The position numbers and the translations under genes are program-made. The notes beneath the pieces were generated by a model, which was not told the origin of the DNA, searched no databases, and saw nothing but the letters and a program-made list of their open reading frames with translations. This document shows, in pieces, positions 9,984 to 19,072 of a stretch of 64,000 bases of DNA. The DNA is from a virus. Taxonomy: Duplodnaviria; Heunggongvirae; Uroviricota; Caudoviricetes. The stretch lies in the IMG/VR virus record IMGVR_UViG_3300033069_002010; one strand, written 5' to 3'. The stretch's first letter is position 1. The number at the start of each line of letters is the position of its first letter.

Positions 9984-10964
9984 TTGAAACACATAAAATC
10001 ATACAGGGTAAAATCATACCAGATTTTCGAATCTAGAACAGAGACCAAATTTGTGAACGTGGACTCGCTAGATGAGTTCAAAAAGTCATTTGAAGAGGAA
10101 TTCAAAAACGATCAGGGATGGACGGAAAAATTCGGGATATGGGATAAGTATTTCATAAACGGGACTTTCGAGGAATCGAAATACCTAGTATGTGATGGAG
10201 AAATAGTCGGTGGATTTCTGATCTATCATTCAGACATGTCGACATACTGCGACCACATCAGAAATTCCGAAACCACATCGGATATCAAAATTCACAGGAA
10301 TCCAGATGATTTCAGGGACGAGTCGGGGATCTATCTCGAATACATTTTCGTAAAACCAGAATGGAGAAACCAGGGATTGGGGAAACTGATGATATCCCAC
10401 ATAGAAAGCATCGGATACGATTACATGTGGGAAATGTCGGTTGAAAAGAAAGCATCGGGATACTGGATTGACAAGATAAAACGGGATATCCTGATGGAAT
10501 ACGAGGACTCCACCGAATCATTCGGAAGGACTTTCATGACATATAAGATTCTTGATAAAAAAATACTCGAAATAAAAAAAAATAAATGGAATCAATTCAA
10601 AGATATGTTCATCAAGATAGATGAGGATGAATACGATGATATTAAAGAAAAATGGAGGGATAGGAAGGAACAAATTACTAGATGGGAACTGAAATGGTTA
10701 TCCGATAATGACCTTATAGTAGATAAATATAATGATATATTAGGACGAGAAACATTTAACTACCTGACATTCAGTAAGTGGGGTTATCGTCTGAGCTTGT
10801 CGAAATATGATGATGGTTGGTTTTTAGTAAGGACTGGTAAAAAAAGTGAAACAACAACCGCTGACTTTGGTTTCAGAAAATACTTCAAGTGCGATCAATT
10901 TGATGGATTAAAAGCTTTGGTTAGGGAATGGATTAAGGTAAGGGGCAACCTGAAAAGTAAATAG
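9984..10964 (+). CDS. GNAT-family acetyltransferase domain protein
   Basis: Motif A-like FVKPEWRNQGLGKLMISHIE; 326 aa with an extra C-terminal domain. Confidence 0.5.
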   Translation: MKHIKSYRVKSYQIFESRTETKFVNVDSLDEFKKSFEEEFKNDQGWTEKFGIWDKYFINGTFEESKYLVCDGEIVGGFLIYHSDMSTYCDHIRNSETTSDIKIHRNPDDFRDESGIYLEYIFVKPEWRNQGLGKLMISHIESIGYDYMWEMSVEKKASGYWIDKIKRDILMEYEDSTESFGRTFMTYKILDKKILEIKKNKWNQFKDMFIKIDEDEYDDIKEKWRDRKEQITRWELKWLSDNDLIVDKYNDILGRETFNYLTFSKWGYRLSLSKYDDGWFLVRTGKKSETTTADFGFRKYFKCDQFDGLKALVREWIKVRGNLKSK

Positions 10965-10987
10965 TTTGGAAATATAATATATACGAC

Positions 10988-11620
10988 ATGAGATATCTTA
11001 AACCATACCTGAAATACCTGGAATCCCTTCACATCGATCTTTCGATAGTGACCGTCGACATAAACGAATCACTCGGGGTTTTCTACGAGAACATACTCAA
11101 ATCGATAGGAGCCGAGGAGCAGGACATATACGGGACATTCAACCTTCCGAAAGACGACTTTGCCGACAAGCTGAATCTTGACCTCCTGACCAACAATCCC
11201 GAGTTCATAAACTCACTGTCGTCTATAGGACTGAAAAAATCAAACCTTTACAGCACCGAGGATTTTGAGACGTTTGTCAACAAGCCTTCAAGGTTTGTCC
11301 TGATTTATAGGGTTGAGGCAAACGAACTGGAAAATCCGACATTCATACTCTTCCAATCCTACAACCAGACTTTGGACAAGTGGGAGGATTCGAAGCTTTT
11401 CAAGGTCACCGGGGACATAAAGACCTTTTACGACAAGCTTTCCTCAAAGGTTATCGAGGTCGAGGACGGGGACAGCAAATACATCTACAACTCTTCCAAC
11501 GGAAACGAATGGATACTCCAGAATACCGAAAAGGAAAACGACACATTCAAGAAATATTTCAGGAAGGACGAGTTCGAGAAACTGATAAACGACAGGAAAG
11601 TCAAAATAAACATCATATGA
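10988..11620 (+). CDS. hypothetical protein (MRYLKPYLKYLES N-terminus)
   Basis: 210 aa; ends ...II* with the junction ATCATATGAGACAC into the next gene. Confidence 0.5.
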   Translation: MRYLKPYLKYLESLHIDLSIVTVDINESLGVFYENILKSIGAEEQDIYGTFNLPKDDFADKLNLDLLTNNPEFINSLSSIGLKKSNLYSTEDFETFVNKPSRFVLIYRVEANELENPTFILFQSYNQTLDKWEDSKLFKVTGDIKTFYDKLSSKVIEVEDGDSKYIYNSSNGNEWILQNTEKENDTFKKYFRKDEFEKLINDRKVKINII

Positions 11621-12450
11621 GACACGTAGAATCTTTTGAAAGCTTCATATTGGAAACCCTGAAATCGGATGACATAGACCTGGTCGAAAGGAAGCTTGAC
11701 ACCTTCTTCAAATCCAAAGGGTTCAACAAAAAGGACATGTTCAATTACGTCAATTTGCCACATTACACAATCCATTCTGATAGAAGACTAATCAGAAAGG
11801 AGATTGAAAAATTGGAAAATCCGACAGAGGAAACAATTGAACTTTATAAAAAACACAATGTCGACATCAATAAAAGTCTTCAATATTACAAGGATGCCTT
11901 GGAACAACATAAAAAAGGGGATATTTTTATTTTCACGTCACCAACCAAAAAAATAACCCCAGAATTCGTAGACGAATTTCTCAATTTGATAAAAAGCATG
12001 GGATATTTCGTAGCTACAGCCGGATCGTTCGAAACGAAATTGAAGGACAAGACCAAGATCAGGGAATATCTTCTCAGAAAAGGAAGAGGAGGCATACCGA
12101 ACAATATATCAATCTCAATTGAACCTTATTATGACACCCAAATCGAATTCGATGGTGAATATCTCTACCATACGACACCCAAAAAGGCATTGGACAAGAT
12201 AATGAGGGTCGGACTAAATCCCAAGTCAAAAAATACGGTCAGTTTCTATCCCGAAAGGGTTTATCTGTCACCGGATATGGAAAGTATGGAAAACATACTG
12301 CCCCAGTTGAAGGACAAGAAAAAAGATGAGGAATACGTCAGGCTAAGAATAAAGAATTTCCCTGGCTTGAAACTTTATAGGGACGTCAGGTTCAAAGGGG
12401 GATTCTACACATACAACTCAATACACCCGAAATACATAGAGATCATATGA
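11617..12450 (+). CDS. hypothetical protein; weak Tpt1/KptA-like C-terminus
   Basis: Start reassigned to the ATG at 11617 (MRHVESFESF...). The track ORF 11380.. is an upstream in-frame extension across the preceding gene. The C-terminus LYHTT...RVYLS loosely resembles the RNA 2'-phosphotransferase HGT...HLS region. Confidence 0.45.
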   Translation: MRHVESFESFILETLKSDDIDLVERKLDTFFKSKGFNKKDMFNYVNLPHYTIHSDRRLIRKEIEKLENPTEETIELYKKHNVDINKSLQYYKDALEQHKKGDIFIFTSPTKKITPEFVDEFLNLIKSMGYFVATAGSFETKLKDKTKIREYLLRKGRGGIPNNISISIEPYYDTQIEFDGEYLYHTTPKKALDKIMRVGLNPKSKNTVSFYPERVYLSPDMESMENILPQLKDKKKDEEYVRLRIKNFPGLKLYRDVRFKGGFYTYNSIHPKYIEII

Positions 12451-12956
12451 GACACCTGAAACGATTCGAATCCGTCACGACAGTCGAAGATTATCTTTAC
12501 AACCTATACGACACCGATCCTTACTACAAGACCTCGATTGGGGAAGATGTCCTGTATTTCGAGTTCGAATTCGATAGACCGAAGGAAAACATATACGAAA
12601 TATCCGAACAGTATTTCAAATCAAGAAGATTTAGGGATTATGTGGTCACGCACGAGGAGACGGATCTTGGATATCGGGTACTTGTCGTCAAAAAGGATTT
12701 TTACGAAAGACATACAGACTTACTTATCCAGAACATCAGAATGGATCCCCATCCGATAAACAAGGGACTCTCCAAAGAATTCCTGATATTCCCAAATGCG
12801 AAAATTGCCAGGCTCCCGAACAACTGCAGTCTGGCATATGGAATCAACCATTACATCAAGTGGGAATTCTGGCCGATGGACGATGTCGAAGATCCGATCA
12901 CAACCTACAGCGAAATATATCTGCAACTGCTTATTTACAGGCACTGCATCAGATAA
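12447..12956 (+). CDS. hypothetical protein (MRHLKRFES N-terminus)
   Basis: 169 aa; ATGA overlap; its first 27 nt are 24/27 identical to the start of the 44451 gene. Confidence 0.5.
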   Translation: MRHLKRFESVTTVEDYLYNLYDTDPYYKTSIGEDVLYFEFEFDRPKENIYEISEQYFKSRRFRDYVVTHEETDLGYRVLVVKKDFYERHTDLLIQNIRMDPHPINKGLSKEFLIFPNAKIARLPNNCSLAYGINHYIKWEFWPMDDVEDPITTYSEIYLQLLIYRHCIR

Positions 12957-13560
12957 TCTGTTTCTTGATATAGGAAAGTATTATCATTTTTCTGACCTCA
13001 CTGTCCTTCTGCTGATGCCAGTTCCAGGTGAACGTGTTTTCCAGAAAGGCCGATCGGTTCTTGATATCTCCAATCTCACCCTTTATCCGATCCGCCTCGT
13101 CTTCCGATATGTCGAACGGTATGTTAAGCTTGTCGCAGATGCTGAGCATCTTGATAAGATTGTCGGTGTCATAGGCCTGTTGGGCCTCAAGATAAAGACT
13201 GTTCAGATACAAATCGTTTCTCTTGTCGGGATGGGTTGATTTGACAACCGAACGGTATAGGTTTTTTAGTTTCGGATCCTTGGTATTTGAAACATAATCG
13301 CCCTCAATGGGGACGGGATCGGATTCCCGAACGGGAACCTCGACAGTCTTAATGGGATCGGGAAAGTTCCTCTGTGACGTTTTCTCATCAAAAACTGATT
13401 TCAAATCGGGGTGCGATTCCAGAAACAGATTGACATCGTTTATGAATTCCTGATCCAGATGGGTTAGATATTCGGATTTGAACTGGAGATCCGAACTGAC
13501 GAAATCGAATTCCTTTATTAGTCTGGTGACTTCCAATTTTTTTAGGTGTTCCACATCCAT
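12949..13560 (-). CDS. J-domain (DnaJ-like) protein
   Basis: LKNLYRSVVKSTHPDKRND...EAQQAYD contains the HPD tripeptide in a J-domain-like context. Confidence 0.5.
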   Translation of the reverse strand: MDVEHLKKLEVTRLIKEFDFVSSDLQFKSEYLTHLDQEFINDVNLFLESHPDLKSVFDEKTSQRNFPDPIKTVEVPVRESDPVPIEGDYVSNTKDPKLKNLYRSVVKSTHPDKRNDLYLNSLYLEAQQAYDTDNLIKMLSICDKLNIPFDISEDEADRIKGEIGDIKNRSAFLENTFTWNWHQQKDSEVRKMIILSYIKKQII

Positions 13561-13610
13561 ATATATCGAAAACCAACAAATATGATTAAAAAATTTTTAT
13601 ATATAGTTTT

Positions 13611-14171
13611 ATGAATAACATGAATATGGAAGAACTGGTTCAATTAAGAACCAAAATGATCTTGGAAGGCAGGGATGTCACCGATATCAATTTCCTGATC
13701 GATTCGAAGGAAGAGGAATACCTCGACCACATCTTTGAAGGGACTTCAGGAACAGGCGGACCTTCGGGAGCTGCAGGAGCGGCGACCACAGGAATGGGAG
13801 GTGGTGGTGTCGCATACGGAACCGCAGCGGTTTCCGGAATGGGAGCGGTGATCAGCCCACAACCGTCATCACATGCTGGACAGACAATAAGCCCAGGATA
13901 CGAACAGGGAGGAGGAAAAACAGGATCGGGAGACATCGGAGTCCCATACAATACCGGTGGAACCAAGGTATTCCAGAAAGTTCCCGTGGACAACAGAAGA
14001 GGAAACAGCAAAAGAAGGAAAAACAAGATGTTGGCCGGTCTGAAAGGAATGTTTACAAAGAGACAAGATTTCACGGCAGGACAGGGAGAACAGCCTAAAT
14101 CCCCTAAAATAATGAACTTCCAGAACTTCAAAAAGGATGATCTGATGAAGATTAAAAAAGTAAGCCAATAG
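13611..14171 (+). CDS. glycine-rich low-complexity protein
   Basis: 186 aa; a G/A/T-rich segment of about 60 aa followed by a basic C-terminus. Confidence 0.4.
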   Translation: MNNMNMEELVQLRTKMILEGRDVTDINFLIDSKEEEYLDHIFEGTSGTGGPSGAAGAATTGMGGGGVAYGTAAVSGMGAVISPQPSSHAGQTISPGYEQGGGKTGSGDIGVPYNTGGTKVFQKVPVDNRRGNSKRRKNKMLAGLKGMFTKRQDFTAGQGEQPKSPKIMNFQNFKKDDLMKIKKVSQ

Positions 14172-14172
14172 G

Positions 14173-14631
14173 ATGAGACAAATCAAATCATTTTTAGAAT
14201 ACTATGATATTACTTACCACATCGGGGAACCGAAACTCGATTCCAGAAGAAAACAGGACATAGAGACAACCAACAAACAGATGATTACCAAGGATTGGTT
14301 TAAGAGTCACCCATTCCCCGGAGTCACAAAGGTGGTGACCCATGACAAGTCGGTCGACATCTATTTCGGAAGGGATTCGTACATATCAATCTACGCACCG
14401 GGAACAGTCGAATATTCGAAAACCGGAGAAACCGGAACCGTTCGGAAGAAATCCTCACAGGAATCAATCACATGGATGATGCGGGGAAGCGACAAGGATG
14501 ATGTCCTTGACAACAAGGAGGAATTCATATCATGGGTTGACAAGCTTCTCATAAAATTCGGAATGGACAGGAGTGTCCTGAAAGACCTTGATAGGACAAT
14601 AGAAGAAAACAGGCGCATTTACAGACACTAA
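14173..14631 (+). CDS. hypothetical protein (MRQIKSFLEY N-terminus)
   Basis: 152 aa. Confidence 0.45.
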   Translation: MRQIKSFLEYYDITYHIGEPKLDSRRKQDIETTNKQMITKDWFKSHPFPGVTKVVTHDKSVDIYFGRDSYISIYAPGTVEYSKTGETGTVRKKSSQESITWMMRGSDKDDVLDNKEEFISWVDKLLIKFGMDRSVLKDLDRTIEENRRIYRH

Positions 14632-15017
14632 CCGTTCAGCAAATCGTCTATCTTAGAATCCCTTTTACTTTCCAAGACCAGAGCCATTAGGTTCTGGTTT
14701 TTTTCCATATCGGAAAAGACCGGATAAAGACGGAAATAATTGGGATATCTTTCCAAGATTTTCTCAAACTCTTCCAAACTCACATCACCCTGACGATCTA
14801 TCTTGAACGATTCAAACAGGGCCTCTTTTTTTTCGGTCTCCCAGTCTCCTCCTTCGGTTATTTTCCGAAAGAACCCATCAACTATTTCACAATATCCAGA
14901 AATCATTACTAGATGTATCTTAGAATCGAATATCGAAAACTCATGTACCCCAATCTTAATCTCAGGGACAAAAAAATCATCATCTAGTTTGGATTCTAAC
15001 ATACCAATTATAAACAA
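14628..15017 (-). CDS. hypothetical protein
   Basis: 129 aa; convergent with 14173..14631. Confidence 0.4.
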   Translation of the reverse strand: MFIIGMLESKLDDDFFVPEIKIGVHEFSIFDSKIHLVMISGYCEIVDGFFRKITEGGDWETEKKEALFESFKIDRQGDVSLEEFEKILERYPNYFRLYPVFSDMEKNQNLMALVLESKRDSKIDDLLNG

Positions 15018-15053
15018 TAATCGAAATAAAGTTTATAATAAAAAAGCTTCGAA

Positions 15054-15587
15054 ATGCAAAATTCAAAAAACGAAAAAATACTTATTTTGGGAAAATCAGG
15101 ATCGGGAAAGGATCATCTTTTGAGAGGACTAATAAAAATGGGACTCAGATACTCGCCAAAAATAACCACCCGACCGAAAAGGGAGTTGGAAACAGACGGA
15201 GTCGAATATGAATTCACCGACAATCCCACATTCGAAAAAATGCTTGAAGAAAACCGGATTCTGGTCCACCAGAAATTCATCATCGGTGGTGAGACATGGT
15301 ATTACGGAATCTCAAGGGAAAGCTTCTCCGAAAACCAAACATTTATCCTAACCCCACATGAGTTCTCCCAACTTGGGGAATCGGATCTGAAAAACACATT
15401 TGTGGTCTATCTCGACATAGAATCGGAAATAAGAAGAAAAAGAATCCAGAAAAGGGAAGACCATTCGGATTCCATCGACAGGAGAATGGAGGCAGACGAG
15501 ATTGATTTCAGGGAATTCAAGAAATACGATTTGAAGATAACCGACCCGGAATTCGAGGCCGAATGGGTTTACGATCTTATGAATTAA
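15054..15587 (+). CDS. guanylate kinase-like nucleoside monophosphate kinase
   Basis: P-loop GKSGSGKD followed by the GMP-kinase signature TTRPKRELETDGVEYEF. Confidence 0.65.
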   Translation: MQNSKNEKILILGKSGSGKDHLLRGLIKMGLRYSPKITTRPKRELETDGVEYEFTDNPTFEKMLEENRILVHQKFIIGGETWYYGISRESFSENQTFILTPHEFSQLGESDLKNTFVVYLDIESEIRRKRIQKREDHSDSIDRRMEADEIDFREFKKYDLKITDPEFEAEWVYDLMN

Positions 15588-16297
15588 GGTTCGGTCTTCC
15601 CGTCGAAAGTCAATCCTTTCAGACTTCCGTTGATGCTGTTGCAGATGTGTTCGGAATTTGAAATGGTGTTTTCCAAAATCGAGAGCATAATGTTGAGAAT
15701 AGAATATATTTTCAGGAAATTGTTTTCCGACGTGTAGAACTGACTGTTGCATATACCCTCTATCAGGTCAATTGTAAGGGAAATCGTGTCGTTGTTCTTA
15801 ATCTTCATCTTCTCTATGACGACCTTGGGTATCCCGATCGATTCCATTTCCTTCTCGTAATCGTATATTATGTCGTTTATGAGGGAAAGCATGCTTGTCC
15901 AAAGCTCCAAATCGTCCATCTTCTCAAAGGTTCGGTCATTCACGTATTTCTTGATGTTCTCCTTGTGTTTTTTGAGGAATATGGTCAGATACTTTCTGAA
16001 GACCACTGTCCTGTATTCGGTGGAAAACTGTATTGTGGGAACCTTCGAATACATCCAGAAATCGATGTAGTTGAATATGTCATGGTTGAGTATGTCCGAT
16101 TCTGTTATCGACTTGATTGCCGTATCCCGGGTCTTCTTTTTCAGATATGAGTCGATCACCCCATCGCTTATCTTGGTCAATATTCCGGAAAACCAGGATG
16201 ATTTCATCAACAACCAGGCCAGGACCACTAAAAATCCCCCGACCGTTCCCTTGAACCCATACTTTTCCAAAAATTCCAAAATTTCCTTAAATGTCAT
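15584..16297 (-). CDS. hypothetical membrane protein
   Basis: 237 aa; N-terminal TM (GFLVVLAWLLM). Confidence 0.45.
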   Translation of the reverse strand: MTFKEILEFLEKYGFKGTVGGFLVVLAWLLMKSSWFSGILTKISDGVIDSYLKKKTRDTAIKSITESDILNHDIFNYIDFWMYSKVPTIQFSTEYRTVVFRKYLTIFLKKHKENIKKYVNDRTFEKMDDLELWTSMLSLINDIIYDYEKEMESIGIPKVVIEKMKIKNNDTISLTIDLIEGICNSQFYTSENNFLKIYSILNIMLSILENTISNSEHICNSINGSLKGLTFDGKTEP

Positions 16298-16399
16298 CAG
16301 ATGAAATAATTTTTACTCTGATATATATTAAATCCTGATACCCTATTTAATAAAGGCCTTTGAATTTTAATATATATGTGAGAAAAGTTAAAACCAAAC

Positions 16400-18046
16400 A
16401 TGAACCTAACCGAAATTACCTTCAGTAAAGTCAAGAGTCAAATCGAATCATACCTCCAGCAGGAATATTCCAAATCGGGAATCCTGTTCTCGAACGCCTC
16501 GCCGTTCGGACAAATCCTGTCAGTCATCGAAAATCTTTATCAGATGTCGTTTCTATACCTGAAGAATTCGATAATCCAATATGATGTTTCCGATGTCAAT
16601 TCACTGAACCCGAGAGTCATAAGAAACGCCGCAATTTTCGCGGGACACATACCGGGACGAAGCATCAGCGCCACCGGAACACTCATGATTTCGGTCAAAA
16701 CCGACTCGGATCTGCAAAGGGATCTTCCAGGCGGAAGAATAAGCCTAAACAACCGGTCGGCTATAAAGAACAAAACAAACGGACTCGAATACGCCCTTAA
16801 TCTCGGAACCGACAGGCTTACTTACCAAATAACCAAAAACACCCAGTTTTTCGTTTCGATAATACAGGGAAAATGGGAGAGGAAATATTTCACGGGAACC
16901 GGACAGCCAAACCAGACATACCAGGTTGCCATAAGAGGACAACAGAAGGAAGTTGAAAATTTCAACTATGAAATCATAGTCAACGGCGAATACTGGTCGA
17001 TCAAAAAACACCCATATGACATGCTTCCCGACGAAAAGGCATGTGTGGTAAGGACCGGCTTCGACGGAGGAATAGACATCATATTCGGAAATTCGGGATT
17101 CGGGATGATACCACCGATAGCTTCCCCAATAGAGGTAAACTACCTGGTCAGCGACGGATCGTCAGGATCGATATTCAGAAGGACTACAAACGACTGGACG
17201 TTCATAGAACCCCCGACCGACGCAAACGGGAACACTGTCGAAATAAGCAATCTTTTCGACGTATCGATCTATACAGACATCAATTTCGGAGCCGATAGGG
17301 AAAGCACCCAATTCACAAAAAACCTTCTTCCGATATCGACCAACAATTTCGTCCTGGCACTGCCACAACAATACGCCTACCAGATAAAAAGACTCGGGGT
17401 GTTCTCACACGTTAACGCTTATGAGCAGTACGGGACGATATATATTGTGGCAACGCCAAACATACAGCTGTTCAAGAACCAGAATTCCAACTACTTCACA
17501 ATAGACATAAGGGCATTCGAACTTGACGCATATGAGAAAAGCAAGATTGACCTTTACCTAAGAACGGCGGGTAACATATTTTTGAGCAAAAGATACCAAA
17601 TTGACTCCCCAGTCCTTTCGTATTATATCATGAACGTTTTCATCATAACATATTCGGACGCGATAGACGAGAATGTCAATTCGCAAATATATGAGATAGT
17701 ATCAAACTACTTCCTGAATTTCAACAGACTTGACAGGATACCGAAAAGCGACTTGGTGTCACAACTTTCCACCATAAACGAAATCAATTCCGTGGACATT
17801 TCCTTCATTTCTAGAAAGAACGAGGAATTCCGCATACAGAACCCGACCGATACGACAACAACCTTGGGGTTGGACAGGACATTGGGAGACATCGTTTTCG
17901 AGGCAAGCGAAATACCGATAATCAGGGGAGGATGGTATGACAGGAACGAAATTTACTACAGCGACGATTTCGAGAGCAAAGGCCTGAAATCGATAAACAT
18001 AATCAAAAAAGGCACAATCGACGCCTCAAAAAGACAAAGCATCTGA
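16400..18046 (+). CDS. hypothetical protein (possibly structural)
   Basis: 548 aa; no catalytic motifs. Confidence 0.5.
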   Translation: MNLTEITFSKVKSQIESYLQQEYSKSGILFSNASPFGQILSVIENLYQMSFLYLKNSIIQYDVSDVNSLNPRVIRNAAIFAGHIPGRSISATGTLMISVKTDSDLQRDLPGGRISLNNRSAIKNKTNGLEYALNLGTDRLTYQITKNTQFFVSIIQGKWERKYFTGTGQPNQTYQVAIRGQQKEVENFNYEIIVNGEYWSIKKHPYDMLPDEKACVVRTGFDGGIDIIFGNSGFGMIPPIASPIEVNYLVSDGSSGSIFRRTTNDWTFIEPPTDANGNTVEISNLFDVSIYTDINFGADRESTQFTKNLLPISTNNFVLALPQQYAYQIKRLGVFSHVNAYEQYGTIYIVATPNIQLFKNQNSNYFTIDIRAFELDAYEKSKIDLYLRTAGNIFLSKRYQIDSPVLSYYIMNVFIITYSDAIDENVNSQIYEIVSNYFLNFNRLDRIPKSDLVSQLSTINEINSVDISFISRKNEEFRIQNPTDTTTTLGLDRTLGDIVFEASEIPIIRGGWYDRNEIYYSDDFESKGLKSINIIKKGTIDASKRQSI

Positions 18047-18300
18047 TGTATTTAGAAGAACAATCATTACCGGAAATCCACTACATGACACACCTACATG
18101 ATTATGACGAGGATTACGTCAAATATGAGGAAAAGATATTGAACTCAACCCTGAGTCCGTATATGTTCTCCAATGATCTGATGAACGGATTCCTTCAGAG
18201 AATCCAAAGGCTTGTAAGCATACTTTTCGACAACTTCAACATCATAAAAAATTTCAAGAACTACAACGTCGATAAATACTATTACAAACACAAACACTAA
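18046..18300 (+). CDS. small hypothetical protein
   Basis: 84 aa; its start overlaps the stop of the preceding gene. Confidence 0.35.
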   Translation: MYLEEQSLPEIHYMTHLHDYDEDYVKYEEKILNSTLSPYMFSNDLMNGFLQRIQRLVSILFDNFNIIKNFKNYNVDKYYYKHKH

Positions 18301-18331
18301 TAATAATGGATGAAATTTAAAAAACCATTAT

Positions 18332-19006
18332 TTGATAATAATATATAAGAATATAAAAGAAAAATCCTTTAAAATGATAAGAAAAAACGAAGAGACGGGT
18401 AAGGAACCACAGAAAATAAATTCCTTCAAGAGGTTTTCCGAACTGAGCACCAAAACCAAAGAACCCAAGGAAAACCCTTCAACCCCCGTATTGCCTGAAA
18501 CCGACGATGACAGACCGGCCAATCCGAATCTTCCGTATGAAAAAGGAAAGATGGAAAAGCCCGCGTCAACCAAATACCTGAAACCACAGGTTCCCGAAGC
18601 CGAAGCTCCTGAAACCAACGAAAAGACCGATGTAAAGTTCTACGGAAAGATAGCCAAACTCCCTAAAGGAACCAAGGCATCCAAGGGATACAACTTTCTA
18701 GAAAACGTGAAGGTATCCAAATCATCGATTTGGTACATCATGGTCGAAAAAATGGACAACGAGCTCCAGATGGTTAAATACAACCATAAGAAAGGTGTGG
18801 ACCTGAACAAGTTCATCACGGACCTGAAAATCTACTACAAGGAAAAATATTCGGGAAACAAGGAAATGGTCAAGATGATCGAGAACATCCAAATAGACGG
18901 AAACGACAAGTACAGTTGGATAAAAAACATACCCCTGATTGAGGTTGACGGAAGAAAGATGATTTCGAGAATAACCGAAGATCTAATAAAACTTTTAAGC
19001 AAATAA
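18332..19006 (+). CDS. hypothetical protein
   Basis: 224 aa; Pro/Glu-rich N-terminal half. Confidence 0.45.
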   Translation: MIIIYKNIKEKSFKMIRKNEETGKEPQKINSFKRFSELSTKTKEPKENPSTPVLPETDDDRPANPNLPYEKGKMEKPASTKYLKPQVPEAEAPETNEKTDVKFYGKIAKLPKGTKASKGYNFLENVKVSKSSIWYIMVEKMDNELQMVKYNHKKGVDLNKFITDLKIYYKEKYSGNKEMVKMIENIQIDGNDKYSWIKNIPLIEVDGRKMISRITEDLIKLLSK

Positions 19007-19013
19007 ATCAAGA

Positions 19014-19052
19014 TAATAAAAAAAAAACTCAGATTTTCATCTGAGTTTTTTA
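19014..19052. terminator. bidirectional intrinsic terminator
   Basis: A-run, stem AAACTCAGA/TCTGAGTTT with loop TTTTCA, then T-run; sits between convergent genes. Confidence 0.6.
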
Positions 19053-19072
19053 ATGCCCTACGGGATGTTCAT

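Noticed and set aside
11380-12450. 356-aa version of the 11617 gene starting at 11380
   Set aside because: The upstream 79 codons (MGGFEAFQGHRGHKD...) are an out-of-frame read-through of the preceding gene's 3' end. The ATGA junction at 11617 and the conserved MRH N-terminus mark the real start.
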